Source: an uncultured Gemmatimonadales bacterium
Lineage (GTDB): Bacteria > Gemmatimonadota > Gemmatimonadetes > Gemmatimonadales > GWC2-71-9
Assembly (NCBI GenBank): GCA_963695185.1
Contig: CAVOGH010000005.1
Span: 1,621,504-1,685,503 of the forward strand
Direction: 5' to 3'
Length of the DNA: 64,000 nucleotides
The notes under the pieces were generated by a model. It did no database searches, had not been told where the DNA came from, and saw only the letters and a program-made list of their open reading frames with translations. Numbering within the stretch: position 1 is the stretch's first letter; every line of letters starts with the position of its first letter. Of the stretch, positions 44,191 through 54,237 are shown piece after piece. Position numbers and translations under genes: made by a program.

Positions 44191-44248
44191 GAGCTATCAG
44201 CGATCAGCTATCGGCTATCGGCTATCGGCGTCGGATAGCGGATAGCTC
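44191..44248. repeat. heptad-based palindromic intergenic element, copy B
   Basis: GAGCTATC-AGCGATC-AGCTATC-GGCTATC-GGCTATC-GGCGTC-GGATAGC-GGATAGC-TC. The outer 8 bp are perfectly complementary. The element fills the gap between two minus-strand genes. Confidence 0.65.
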
Positions 44249-45853
44249 TCACGGCCGGAACACCACCCACGTCAGCTTCCCCTCTTCCACCGTGACGCGG
44301 CGAAACACCTTCTTCCCGCCGATCTCGGTGCCGAGGATATAGCTGCCGGGCGGGACGTCGCTCACGGCGAAGTGCTCGCCGTAGAGCGGGTGCGGGTGGG
44401 CACGATCGCCATACGTCTCGGCGAAGGAGAACGGCGTCTCCACCGGATCGGGCTTGACCAGCCCGTAGATCCGCGCCTGCGGCACGGGCTTGCCGGCGGC
44501 ATCGAAGACCTGGCCGGCCACCAGGCCGGTCCCCGGCAGGGGATCGATCCACAGCTCCGGGTTGGTGGTGTATGCGGGATAGCGCTGCAGGGAGTCCACC
44601 ACCAGCGCGACATCGTCCCCGGGAGCGGCGTGCACCTCGAGGTGCAGGTGATCGTTGGTGGCCCGGCCGGTGTTACCGACCCGCGCGATTCGCTGCCCGG
44701 TGCTCACCAGTTCGCCGACCGAGACATCCAGTTCGGAGTTGTGGTAGTAGACGCTATAGACCGTGAGCGGCCCGTCGGGACCGGCCACGGTGGTGTCGTG
44801 GCGGATCGCCACGGTGAGCGCCCCCTGCTCGGCCCGGCCGGCGTAGACCACCTTGCCCGGGCCGATGGCCAGCACCGGGGTGCCGTCGGGATTGTTGAAC
44901 TCGACCCCCTGGTGCTGCTGGAAGTTGCCGCCCATCGTGGAGCCGTAGCGATAGGTCTGGTCGACGAAGGCGTTGTCGGAGCGGTCGATGGGGCGGCGGA
45001 ACCAGGTAGTGCGCGGGGCCTGGCGGCTCGCCGGCCGCCGCCGAGGCGCGCTTGAAGCAGGGCGTGGTGTCGGCCGCGATGCGGAGTCCGCAGGGCGAGC
45101 CGCGCCACGGGCGCCCGCCCAGCAACAGCTGGTTGCGGGGCGCGAACCGGGGAAAGGCGACGGCTTCCCGCCGGCGCTCGTTCGGAGTGAGCACCAGCCG
45201 CTCGTTGCCGCGCAGGGTGGAGATGATGACGCCCTGCCGGTCGAAGCCGATCCGGCGGACGTATTCGCTGCTGAGCAGCGGCGAAGGCGGTGTCGGCCGG
45301 GCCCCGGGCAAGCGGACCCACGCTGTCGCCCAGGGCGACCCAGTGTGCGCCGTCGTCGGCGGTCATCTGGATGCCGTCGGCGGTGGCCACCCAGACCGTG
45401 TCCCCGCGGACGACGATCCCGTCCGGCGCCACGTACTGCCACTCGGGGCCCAGCTGGCTGAAGGTCCAGTTGGTCCAGGTCTCCCCGCCGTCGCGGCTTA
45501 CTCCCCAGCCGTTGCCCAGGGTGCCGTACCAGATCTCGCCCCGCTTGCCGAAGGCGAAGGCATGGACGAAGTCCCAGGAGATGCTGGTCCCGGTGGTGTC
45601 ACGGCGGAGCTGCTCCCAGGCGGTGGCGTCCGGGGGGAGACGGAAGATCCCGCGGCCGTAGGTCCCGACCCACACGCGTTCCGCGGGGATCACGGCTCAC
45701 GGCCAGGACGTGGGTGCCGAAGCCGGAGGAATCGGGAAGCGGCGGAAGGGTCTGGGCCCAGAGCACCGCGCCACGGTGGCCCGCGGTCCCCGGCGGGGCC
45801 CCAGGCAGCAGCGCGAGGGCGAGGACGGCCGTGACGATCGTGCGGAGGGTCAT
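44249..45853 (-). CDS. secreted multidomain M23 peptidase (beta-propeller-like N-terminus, M23 core, CarboxypepD_reg-like C-terminus); about 3 frameshifts
   Basis: Signal MTLRTIVTAVLALALL and propeller-like W/G-rich repeats. M23 core HQGVEF...YYHNSEL...GNTGRATNDHLHLEV. Beta-sandwich-like tail. Confidence 0.7.
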
Positions 45854-45905
45854 GGAGTGGCGACTCGCACCAGTGGTCGTGGGTGAGCGGCGCAGGCCGA
45901 TCCGG

Positions 45906-46610
45906 TCAGCTCAAGGAAGTGGGCGACAGCCGGAGCCATTCCACGTTGGCATGAGGCGGGCGGGTGGCCGCGAACAGGACGGCGTCCGCCACGTCGCTGG
46001 GGCGCAGCATCAGTGCCCGGCGCAGGAACCCGGGGCGGGCATCGGGATCGAACGGATCCCAGATGGGGGTGTCGGTGGAGCCGGGCGAGATCAGGGAGAA
46101 GCGTACGCCGGTGCCCTGGTACTCCGCGCTGAGCGCCTCATGCAGGCCGCGCACCGCAAACTTGCTGGCGGTGTAGGCGCTGTTCTCGGAAAACCCCAGG
46201 TGGTCGCAGGTGCTGCCGATGGTGATGTGGATGCCCGCGCCGGCGCCCCGCATGGCCGGCAGGAGGCCCTGGGCCAGCACGAACGGAGCGCGGACGTTCA
46301 GGGCCAGCTGCCGGTCCAGGTCGGCGGGGTCGGTCTCCTCGAAGGGCCTGAGCAGGAACAGCCCGGCGTTCTGCACCACGATGGCGGGAGTGCCCCACTC
46401 GGTGAGGATGCGAGTGGTGGCTCGCACGATGCCGGCGGTCTGGGAGAGATCGCAGGTGAGGTCCCGGAACGCCCCATGGGTTCCATCGGGCAGCGAGCGG
46501 GACAGCCGCACCACCGTGGCGCCCGCCCCGGCCAGCGCCCCGGCCACGGCCTCCCCGATGCCGCGGGAGGCACCGGTGACCACGGCGAGCGACCCTTCGA
46601 GCGGGTTCAT
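45906..46610 (-). CDS. short-chain dehydrogenase/reductase (candidate sepiapterin-reductase-type)
   Basis: [12 protein letters not shown] and YTASKFAV (YxxxK). The start overlaps the folE stop by 4 nt. Confidence 0.75.
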   Translation of the reverse strand: MNPLEGSLAVVTGASRGIGEAVAGALAGAGATVVRLSRSLPDGTHGAFRDLTCDLSQTAGIVRATTRILTEWGTPAIVVQNAGLFLLRPFEETDPADLDRQLALNVRAPFVLAQGLLPAMRGAGAGIHITIGSTCDHLGFSENSAYTASKFAVRGLHEALSAEYQGTGVRFSLISPGSTDTPIWDPFDPDARPGFLRRALMLRPSDVADAVLFAATRPPHANVEWLRLSPTSLS

Positions 46611-47209
46611 TCGCCCCCGCGACCGTGGACCAGTCGCAGGAACTCCTCGCGGGTGCGGATGTCGCTGCGGAAGATCCCCCGCACCCCGCTGGTGACGGTA
46701 CGGCTGTTCTGCTTCTCGACGCCCCGCATCGCCATGCACAGGTGGGTGGCCTCGATCAGGACCCCCACGCCGTGCGGCTCCAGCACGTCCATGATGGCGT
46801 CCGCGATCTGGTCGGTCAGGCGCTCCTGCACCTGCAGGCGGCGGGCGAAGACCTCCACCAGTCGGGGCAGCTTGGAGAGCCCCACGATCCGGCCGTTGGG
46901 GACGTAGGCCACGTGCGCGCGGCCGAAGAACGGCAGCAGGTGATGCTCGCAGAGCGAGTACAGCTCGATGTCCCGGACCAGGATCATGCTGCTGTGCTCT
47001 TCCTCGAACAGCGCATCTCCGACCGCGTCCATGACCGACAGGCCGTAGCCGCGGGTGAGCCAGCGGAGCGACTTCTCCACCCGCTCCGGGGTCTTGACCA
47101 GGCCCTCGCGGTCGGGATCCTCGCCGAGGGCCTCGAGGATCCGGCGCACCTCGTCCTGGAATCCCACCGGCACCGTGGCAAGGGTATCAGCGCCCATCGT
47201 AATCGACAT
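46607..47209 (-). CDS. folE: GTP cyclohydrolase I
   Basis: Intact 200 codons with [19 protein letters not shown] and HLCMAMRGV. Confidence 0.9.
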   Translation of the reverse strand: MSITMGADTLATVPVGFQDEVRRILEALGEDPDREGLVKTPERVEKSLRWLTRGYGLSVMDAVGDALFEEEHSSMILVRDIELYSLCEHHLLPFFGRAHVAYVPNGRIVGLSKLPRLVEVFARRLQVQERLTDQIADAIMDVLEPHGVGVLIEATHLCMAMRGVEKQNSRTVTSGVRGIFRSDIRTREEFLRLVHGRGGE

Positions 47210-47600
47210 AGTTCCTCGGGGTCTCCCACAGGCGCAGGCGCAGCAGCCGTCCCGACGGAATCGCGGGCGCGAGCACCTGCCAGCAGTACGCCGCGATGTT
47301 CTCCGCGGTAGGGATGTGGTTGGCGAAGTGGGGCACGTCGAGATTGAGGTTCTTGTGGTCGAGGTGCGCCAGCAGCTTCTCCTCGACCAGATGTTTCAGT
47401 ACGTTCATGTCCACCACGTAGCCGGTCTCGGGGTCGATCTCCCCCTCCACGGCCACGTCCAGCTCGTAGTTGTGGCCATGAAAGTTGGGATTGGCACATA
47501 CCCCGAAGATCCGGGCGTTCCATTCATCGGAACGGCCGGGGTGGTAGAGTCGGTGCGCGGCATTGAAGTGCACGCGGCGGGTGACGGTACAGGTCGGCAT
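47187..47600 (-). CDS. 6-pyruvoyl-tetrahydropterin synthase (animal-type PTPS-like; QueD superfamily)
   Basis: Intact 137 codons. [26 protein letters not shown] and [13 protein letters not shown] closely parallel mammalian PTPS as I recall it. Confidence 0.8.
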   Translation of the reverse strand: MPTCTVTRRVHFNAAHRLYHPGRSDEWNARIFGVCANPNFHGHNYELDVAVEGEIDPETGYVVDMNVLKHLVEEKLLAHLDHKNLNLDVPHFANHIPTAENIAAYCWQVLAPAIPSGRLLRLRLWETPRNYVDYDGR

Positions 47601-47930
47601 GCGAAACCGGTCGATTCGAGTGGCTGGAAGATCGCCGGTGCCCCGCCACGGTCAAGCCGTGCACCCAAGAGTGTCAAACAAACGGGCACCCGGCGTCCGG
47701 CCGGTGCCCCGGGGGATGGCGAGGCGACGCCGAAGAGGTTTATTGAAGCCCGACGAAAAAGATGGCGCCCTCACCACAACTTCTGTCTTCCCCCGAGGGG
47801 CATGGCATCAGTCGCAGTATCTGGGCCCTTCACCGGACCTGTTGGCTCAATAACGTGGTTCCTCGACGCCGCTTTCCTCGAAGATAGGACGCGGCGCACC
47901 CACCGTCAACGCAGCAACGGAGTCCCGACC

Positions 47931-48089
47931 ATGTCGCTCACCCTGCTCGGCGCCGTCCTCGCCCTGCTCCTGTGGATCCTGGTAACCTTCGTGATGCCCC
48001 TGGGCCCGGCCGGCGCCAGCCTGCACCTGCTCCTGGGGGTCGCGGGCGTGCTGTTCGTCCGCTGGTGGGCGCTGCGCCGGCCGGCGTAG
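47931..48089 (+). CDS. 52-aa two-TM membrane protein (tentative)
   Basis: MSLTLLGAVLALLLWILVTFVMPLGPAGASLHLLLGVAGVLFVRWWALRRPA, a sub-ORF of 47055..48089. Confidence 0.4.
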   Translation: MSLTLLGAVLALLLWILVTFVMPLGPAGASLHLLLGVAGVLFVRWWALRRPA

Positions 48090-48148
48090 CCGCACCGCAG
48101 CCCCGCCACCATCCCCGGACCCGCCCCTTCGACGGCCGAGACCACCCG

Positions 48149-49373
48149 ATGCCCGAACCGACCAACCGCGACCTGATGCCGGGCCTGCTGGCGGGCCTCC
48201 TGTACCTGCTCCTGCTGGCCTCGGTGCGCGAGATCCTCACCCCGCCGCTACTCCTGCCGCTGGTGGTGGTGGCGCTCTGGCCACTCCGGGCCCGGCCGGG
48301 AGTGAAGCCCGGCCATGGTGATCGCCGGGGTGCTGACGCTGTTCTGGGGCCTCAAGCTCTACGGCGGCCTGCTGGGACCCTTCCTGCTGGCGCTGGCGGT
48401 CGCGTACCTGCTCGCACCGCTGGTGGCGCGGCTGGAGCGGCGCGGCATCGGTCGCGGCCTCGCCATCGTGATCGTCACCCTCCCCCCGGTGCTCGGGGGC
48501 ATCGCCTTCCTGGTCTACGCCGGTCCGGAGGTGTGGCGCCAGGCGATCACCCTGGTCAACACCCTGCCCCGGTTCGCCACCACGATCTTCGACTTCCTCT
48601 CCGGTCTCCGCAGCCGGATCGAAGGGCTGGCCTTCCTGACCGACCAGCAGCGGAGCTGGGTCCATGGGCTGGACGCCGAGCAACTGGGTGTCCTGCTGCG
48701 GCAGAACGCCGACGCGCTGCTCGGCGAGCTGGCCGACTGGGGGCTGGCGCTGCTGCACCGCCTGGGCACGATCGTCGGCTTCCTGGGGTACCTCGTCGTG
48801 ACCCCGGTGGTCGCCTTCTACCTGCTGCGGGACTGGTCACCCCTGCTCAGCTTCACCGAAGGGCTCATCCCCCGGGCACAGCGCGGTCCCGCCGTGGCGT
48901 TCATCGAGGAATACGATCAGGCCCTGGGCAAGTTCGTGCGGGGGCAGCTCATCGAGGCCACCCTGGTGGGTACCCTGACGGGGGTGGGCCTGGCGGTCCT
49001 GGGGGTGCCCAGCGCGCTCCTCCTGGGCGTCATCGCCGGCATCTTCAACCTGATCCCCTACATCGGGCTGGCCATCTCGATCGTCCCGGCCATTATCGTG
49101 GCGCTCACCATGCCGGCGCCGCTGGCGGGACTGCTCCGGGTGGGCGCCGTCTTCCTGGTGGTGCAGTTCATTGACGGGTCGGTGACCGGGCCCCGGATCG
49201 TGGGCGGCTCGGTAGGACTGCACCCGGTGGTGACCATGCTGGCGCTGGCGTTCGGCGGGGCGATGCTGGGCTTCGCGGGGCTGCTGCTGGCGGTGCCCAT
49301 CGCGGTGCTGATCAAGATGATCGGGGCCCGGGTGCTGGCGAGCTACCGGACATCGGCGGTGTACGCGGGGTGA
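48149..49373 (+). CDS. AI-2E family transporter (PerM-like); one frameshift near 48300
   Basis: ORF 48315..49373 is polytopic and contains GIFNLIPYIGLAIS. The N-terminus MPEPTNRDLMPGLLAGLLYLLLL lies in another frame. Confidence 0.75.
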
Positions 49374-49382
49374 GGCGGGGGT

Positions 49383-49431
49383 GGAGTTGGGAGTTGGATC
49401 CAGACTTCGGCACCTTCCAAATCGCAACTCC
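49383..49431. terminator. hairpin between convergent genes
   Basis: GGAGTTGGGAGTTGGA...TCCAAATCGCAACTCC gives a 16-bp stem with 2 mismatches. It lies between the transporter stop (49373) and the GNAT stop (49431). Confidence 0.5.
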
Positions 49432-50400
49432 TAGATCTCCCAGTTGGACCAGACCACCGCGCCGGGCTGGGGCTCGACCTCCTCGAACCCTGACAGCGAC
49501 ATCCGGAGGTCGGTCCAGTGGGCCCGGTAGCCCAGCCGAACCGCCCGGAGGTAGGCATCGCCCAGGCCGGTCTGACTGCGGAGCGTGACTCGCCGGATGT
49601 TCTGGGCCAGCGCCGCCGACTCCAGCGCGGCGATCACGCGTTCGAACTCCTCGCCATCGACTGCGGCCAGTTTGAGCACCCGGAGTTCATCCGCCGGGCG
49701 GCCAGCAGCCAGCGGCGCGGTGTGGAACAGCGCGAAGCCGGCGAGCGCCCCGGCCGCATCCCGCACCAGCAGGGTATCGCCGATGCGGAGGTCCGCCGTG
49801 GTCTGCAGTTCGCGGGTATAGTCGGCTGCCGGGCAGCAGCCGGCCGGTGAGTTCGGCGCAGGCCCTCAGCCGCTCCGCCCGCGCGGCGCCGGCCGCGGAG
49901 AGGAGCTCCGGCTGGCGTACCGGCCGACGTTCGAGGTCGCGCACCAGGGTAACCGTCAGATGCCCGGGGACGAACCCGAGCCGGCTGTAGAAGCCGATGT
50001 TCTCCACCGTGCGCGGCATGGTTTCGAGGCCGATCGTGCGCGCCCCGCGCTGGCGGAGCCAGTGGATCCCCGCCTGAATCATCTCCTTGCCGAGCCCGGC
50101 GCCCTGGCGATCGGGCTGTACCGCGAGCGGGCCCATCCAGCCTTCCCGCCCCGACAGGTGCACCATGTTGAAGCCACAGATCTGGCCGTCGCCGTCGCGC
50201 CAGATCATCGCGCCGTCGCCGGCATCCTCGAGCGCGTAGCGCCAGATGATGGGGTTGAGGTGGGGCACCCGGACGCCGGTCATGCCGTCGCGGCGATAGC
50301 GGTCGGTGAAGGAGTCCGCGAAGACCCGGTTGAGCGGATCGATGTCGCGAAGGGTCGGCCGCTCGGGGCCGTGGATCGCCCGATCAGGCAGCCAGGCCAT
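49431..50400 (-). CDS. GNAT-family N-acetyltransferase with C-terminal extension; one frameshift
   Basis: The acetyl-CoA motif region PDRQGAGLGKEMI lies in ORF 49687..50439. The C-terminal domain comes from ORF 49431..49766. Confidence 0.7.
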
Positions 50401-52807
50401 CGCCGGCTCCAGGTTGTTCGTCCCGCACCCGTGCGGCACCGCGCTGCTGGTCGAACTCGACCCGGAGCACCCGGTCGAACCCCTCCCGCACGGTGTCGAT
50501 GTGAGTGATGAGAATGACCTGCGGGAAGCGATCGGCCAGACTGCGGAGCAGGTCCACCACTGCGGTGCGCCGCTCCTCGTCCAGCGAGCCGAAGATCTCG
50601 TCCAGCACCAGCAGGGAGAGTGGCTGGCCGGCCCGGTCGGCGATCATCTGGCTGATGGCCAGCCGGAGCGCGAGGTTGGCGACATCTTCCTCGCCGCCGG
50701 AGATGACCGGCTTGGGCTCGCCGCCTTCCATGATGGTGGCCTCGTAGGCCTCATCCAGCTCCAGTTCGGTGTAGCGGCCGTTGGTGAGGTCGCGGAGGAA
50801 GGTGCTGGAGATGTCCGACAGGTCGGGCCGGAGCTGCTGGTTGAGGTCGGTCCGGAGATCGGTGAAGGCCCGGTCCAGCTCGTTGTGCAGCGCGAGGTCC
50901 CGGGCCGCCACCCGGGCCTCCTCCTCGCGCCGGGCCCGTTCCTCCCGGCGTCGGAGCATGGCCCGGTCGGCCTCCTCCGCGGCAGCCAGCTCCGCCCGGG
51001 CCCGCACCACTCCCACCGCCGCCTGCTGGCCGGCGCCTTCGGCCTCTTCCCACTCGTCCCGCGCCGTGGTCCAGGCTGCATCCGAGTACCCCAACCCGGT
51101 CAGCTGCTCCTGCAGCCGGCGCAGTTCGGCTTCCATGTCCGACAGGCCGCGCTCGGCTGATTCCGCCTGGGACACGAGCGCCTCCGCCATGCCGGCACGT
51201 TCCCGCAGCCGCTCGGCCTGCCGGTCCAGCGGCTCCAGTTCGGCGATCCGTTTCTTGACCTGGGTGTGGCGGGCGGGGTCGTACTGCGGGGCCGCCGCGC
51301 CCACCTGTTGCTCGAGCAGCTGCACCTGCCTCTCCAGCCGGGCCTGCTCGTCGCGCAACCGGGGCGCCTCCTGCAACTGGGCCTGGAACCGGGCGAGTTC
51401 GGCCCGGACCGCGTTGAGCCCGCGCTCCAGCTCGGTGCGGCGGCGGGCCAGGTCGCCGAGCTCCGGGGGCTCGGTAGCCAGCTGCTCGATCCGCGACTTG
51501 TAGTAGTTGCCGTTGAAGCGGACCTCTTCCAGCTGGCGGTCCAGCATGCCCAGCACGGTGGGGAACTCACCGCCCAGCGGACGGGCGCAGGTGGGACAGG
51601 CGCCCGCGGCCCCCGCCTGCTGGATCCGTTCCACCTGTTCCTTCAAGTCGCGATACTGGTCGCGCAGCGTATCCCGCTTGGTGGTGGCCTCCTGCAGGTC
51701 GCGGTCCCAGGCGGAGCGGCGCTCCCTGGCCTGCTCATCGAGCGCGTCGAGCTCCTGCTCTGCACGCTCGACCTTGCCCCGGGTCGCTTCGACGGCGTCG
51801 GCGGGCGGCAGGCGGCCGGCCTGGGCCCGGACGGTCTGGAGGCCTGTCCGGGTGTGTTCGAGTTCCGCCACCAGACCCTGGCGCCGGATGTAGGCGGTCA
51901 TCTGCTCGTCGAGGTGGACCAGCTCGCGGCGCAGCGCTTCCAGCGGCTCCAGCTCGGGCCCCAGCGCCTCGAGCTTGCTCTTCGCCTCGTTCGCGAGGAC
52001 CAGCTGCCGGTCGAGCTGCTGGAAACTCTCCCTGGCGTTGCTCACCTTGTGCTCGGCCAGCCGGAGGTCCGACTGGAGCGCACCCACCCGTTCGCGCAGC
52101 TGCTGCAGCGCCTGCCAGCGCGGCAGCACCAGCTGTCGGCGGGCCAGGGCGGTCGTCTCCAGGCCCGATGCCCGGGTGACGCCCTCCCCCGCCAGCACCA
52201 GACGCTCGCGGACCGTCTCGGCCTCGCGGTCGAGCTCGGCGACGTCGGGCAGCAGCTGCTGCAGCGCCTTGAGGCGGGCGGCGACCTCCTGGCGTCCTTC
52301 ACGCAGCCGTTCCTGCGCCCGCCGCAAGCGGTCGTAGCCCAGCACCCGGGAGAGGAACTGGGCCCGGGCCACTCCGGTCATGGCCCCCATCACCGCCAGC
52401 TGCTTCTGGCCGGTGAAGTAGGTGTTGAAGAATTCCTCGCGGTTCATGCCCAGGAGGCGCGCCACCTTGTCGGTCACGCTGACAAGGCTGTTGGCGACGG
52501 GCGCCGGGTCCGAATCCTGGAACAGCTCGGCGTTGTTGAGCGAGCGGACGATGTTGTAGCGATGGGTACCCAGCGAGAAGTCGAGCTCGACCCGGACCGG
52601 GACCCGTGCTCCCGCGCCCCGGCGGCGAATGGTATCGCGAGTGCCCCGGGCGGCATCACTGCCATACAGCGCCCAGGCGATCGCCTCGAGCAGCGTCGTC
52701 TTCCCGGCGCCGTTGGGGCCGATGATACCGGTGAGCCCCGCGCCGAGGACCAGTTCGGTGTCCTCGTGCTGGCGGAAGTTGATGAGCCGAAGGCGGTCGA
52801 TCTGCAT
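50384..52807 (-). CDS. sbcC: SbcC/Rad50-family DSB-repair ATPase
   Basis: Intact ORF with Walker A GPNGAGKTTLLEAI, long coiled coils, zinc hook CPTC, signature SGGE and Walker B LLVLDE. The start overlaps the sbcD stop. Confidence 0.9.
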   Translation of the reverse strand: MQIDRLRLINFRQHEDTELVLGAGLTGIIGPNGAGKTTLLEAIAWALYGSDAARGTRDTIRRRGAGARVPVRVELDFSLGTHRYNIVRSLNNAELFQDSDPAPVANSLVSVTDKVARLLGMNREEFFNTYFTGQKQLAVMGAMTGVARAQFLSRVLGYDRLRRAQERLREGRQEVAARLKALQQLLPDVAELDREAETVRERLVLAGEGVTRASGLETTALARRQLVLPRWQALQQLRERVGALQSDLRLAEHKVSNARESFQQLDRQLVLANEAKSKLEALGPELEPLEALRRELVHLDEQMTAYIRRQGLVAELEHTRTGLQTVRAQAGRLPPADAVEATRGKVERAEQELDALDEQARERRSAWDRDLQEATTKRDTLRDQYRDLKEQVERIQQAGAAGACPTCARPLGGEFPTVLGMLDRQLEEVRFNGNYYKSRIEQLATEPPELGDLARRRTELERGLNAVRAELARFQAQLQEAPRLRDEQARLERQVQLLEQQVGAAAPQYDPARHTQVKKRIAELEPLDRQAERLRERAGMAEALVSQAESAERGLSDMEAELRRLQEQLTGLGYSDAAWTTARDEWEEAEGAGQQAAVGVVRARAELAAAEEADRAMLRRREERARREEEARVAARDLALHNELDRAFTDLRTDLNQQLRPDLSDISSTFLRDLTNGRYTELELDEAYEATIMEGGEPKPVISGGEEDVANLALRLAISQMIADRAGQPLSLLVLDEIFGSLDEERRTAVVDLLRSLADRFPQVILITHIDTVREGFDRVLRVEFDQQRGAARVRDEQPGAGDGLAA

Positions 52808-53985
52808 CAGCCCTCCGCCCACTCCCGCTCGACCGACTCCATCAGCTCCCGCCCCCGCTGGACCAGGGCCGCCCGATCCACCCCGGCGGGGAGCGGGCGA
52901 CCCTCCAGGAACTCCTCCACCAGCTCCGGCAGAGTGCGCCGGCGTCCGGGTGCACCCGAGGCGCTGCGGCGTTGCAGGTCGGGGCGGCGAAGGTCGAGCT
53001 GATAGTGCAGCGCCTGCGACTTGAGCGCGCGCACCGCGGTGTGGTTGATTTCGCGACCGATGTGACGGGGCGTGTTGCGCACCACCTGCCGGACGATCTG
53101 ATCGGCGTGTCCACCGGGCACCGCGGCGACGGCATCGGCAATGAGCTGATCGAGGTCGGCCGCGGTCCTGCCGTGCGCGTCAATCGCCGGGAGGTCATAC
53201 AGCCGCCGGGCTGGCGGCACCGCGTACCGCTCCACCCGGCCGGTGGCGAGATCCGCCAGCAACCAGCCCTTTCCGCCCAGGCCCTCCTCCCGCTCCTCGG
53301 TCAGTTCCCCCCACGGGTTGGGACTGACGTACTCGAGCGAGCCGCTGTACCAGACGCGGGGCGCCACTTCGCGCTGCACGTGATAATGCCCCAGGGCAAC
53401 GTAGCCCCACCCGCCCCGGGCGAGATCGGCCTGGGTCACCACTGCGCCGCCGTACTCCAGCCCGGAACGGTCCGCAGGAAAGATGCCCTCGACCTCGCCG
53501 TGCAGGGTCAACACCTGGTACGGCTCGTCGCCGGCGGGCTCCAGGACCGGCCGCTCCGGGGCCACAAGGGCGTTGTGCGGCACCGCCAGCACGCTCAGCC
53601 CGAGTCGCGGATAGGCCAGGCGGCGGGCTTCGTCGGCGACAACGTCCGCCCCGAGCGACTCGAACAGGGTCAGGATCGAGCCGGTCTCGACCGAGCGGGG
53701 TGTGTCGTGATTGCCGGCGATGATGACGACTGGGGCATCGGGCAGCGCCTCCCGTAGCCGGTGCACCTGCTGGAAGGCGAAGAGAATAGCCGGATTGGTC
53801 GGACGCACGGAGTGGAACAGGTCTCCCGCCACCACGACGGCGTCGGGGCGAGCCTGGATGACCTGGTCCACCGCCCGGCGGAAGGCGGCCGCCACATCCG
53901 CTTCACGCTGGTTCAGGCCGTTGGGCGTCTGCCGGTGATACTGCCGAAAGCCGAGATGCAAGTCGGCGAGGTGTGCGAGTTTCAC
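52807..53985 (-). CDS. sbcD: SbcD/Mre11-family nuclease
   Basis: Intact 392 codons with DLHLG, GDLFH, GNHD and GHYH phosphoesterase motifs. Confidence 0.9.
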   Translation of the reverse strand: MKLAHLADLHLGFRQYHRQTPNGLNQREADVAAAFRRAVDQVIQARPDAVVVAGDLFHSVRPTNPAILFAFQQVHRLREALPDAPVVIIAGNHDTPRSVETGSILTLFESLGADVVADEARRLAYPRLGLSVLAVPHNALVAPERPVLEPAGDEPYQVLTLHGEVEGIFPADRSGLEYGGAVVTQADLARGGWGYVALGHYHVQREVAPRVWYSGSLEYVSPNPWGELTEEREEGLGGKGWLLADLATGRVERYAVPPARRLYDLPAIDAHGRTAADLDQLIADAVAAVPGGHADQIVRQVVRNTPRHIGREINHTAVRALKSQALHYQLDLRRPDLQRRSASGAPGRRRTLPELVEEFLEGRPLPAGVDRAALVQRGRELMESVEREWAEG

Positions 53986-54150
53986 GAGAGGGGAATCTGG
54001 CGGGGGGAGGGGATGGAAGTAAGAGGCGGCGGCGGATGCTGATTTCGGGGTTACCTCTTTGCCTCGACCCCATTGCCCAGAGCGCAGCTGACCGGCGGGC
54101 TCCTCCCGGGCCAGCTACCAGTGCACCTATGACTACTCTCCGGTGGAAGG

Positions 54151-54218
54151 GGTGCGGTCTCGGTCGGACCGCACCTGGACGGCAGGGCGGATCGTGGAAG
54201 TGCGCGGAGCCCGCGCAC
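54151..54218 (-). terminator. two GC-rich hairpins downstream of herA-like gene
   Basis: GGTGCGGTC-N7-GACCGCACC (54151..54175) and GTGCGCGG-agc-CCGCGCAC (54200..54218) lie in the 252-nt gap before sbcD. Confidence 0.4.
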
Positions 54219-54237
54219 GAGCAACCAGCATCAGGCC

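Noticed and set aside
47601-47930. THF or preQ1-type riboswitch in the 330-nt leader upstream of the PTPS-folE operon.
   Set aside because: I found only generic GC-rich hairpins and recognised no conserved riboswitch core. An Rfam scan is needed before any claim.
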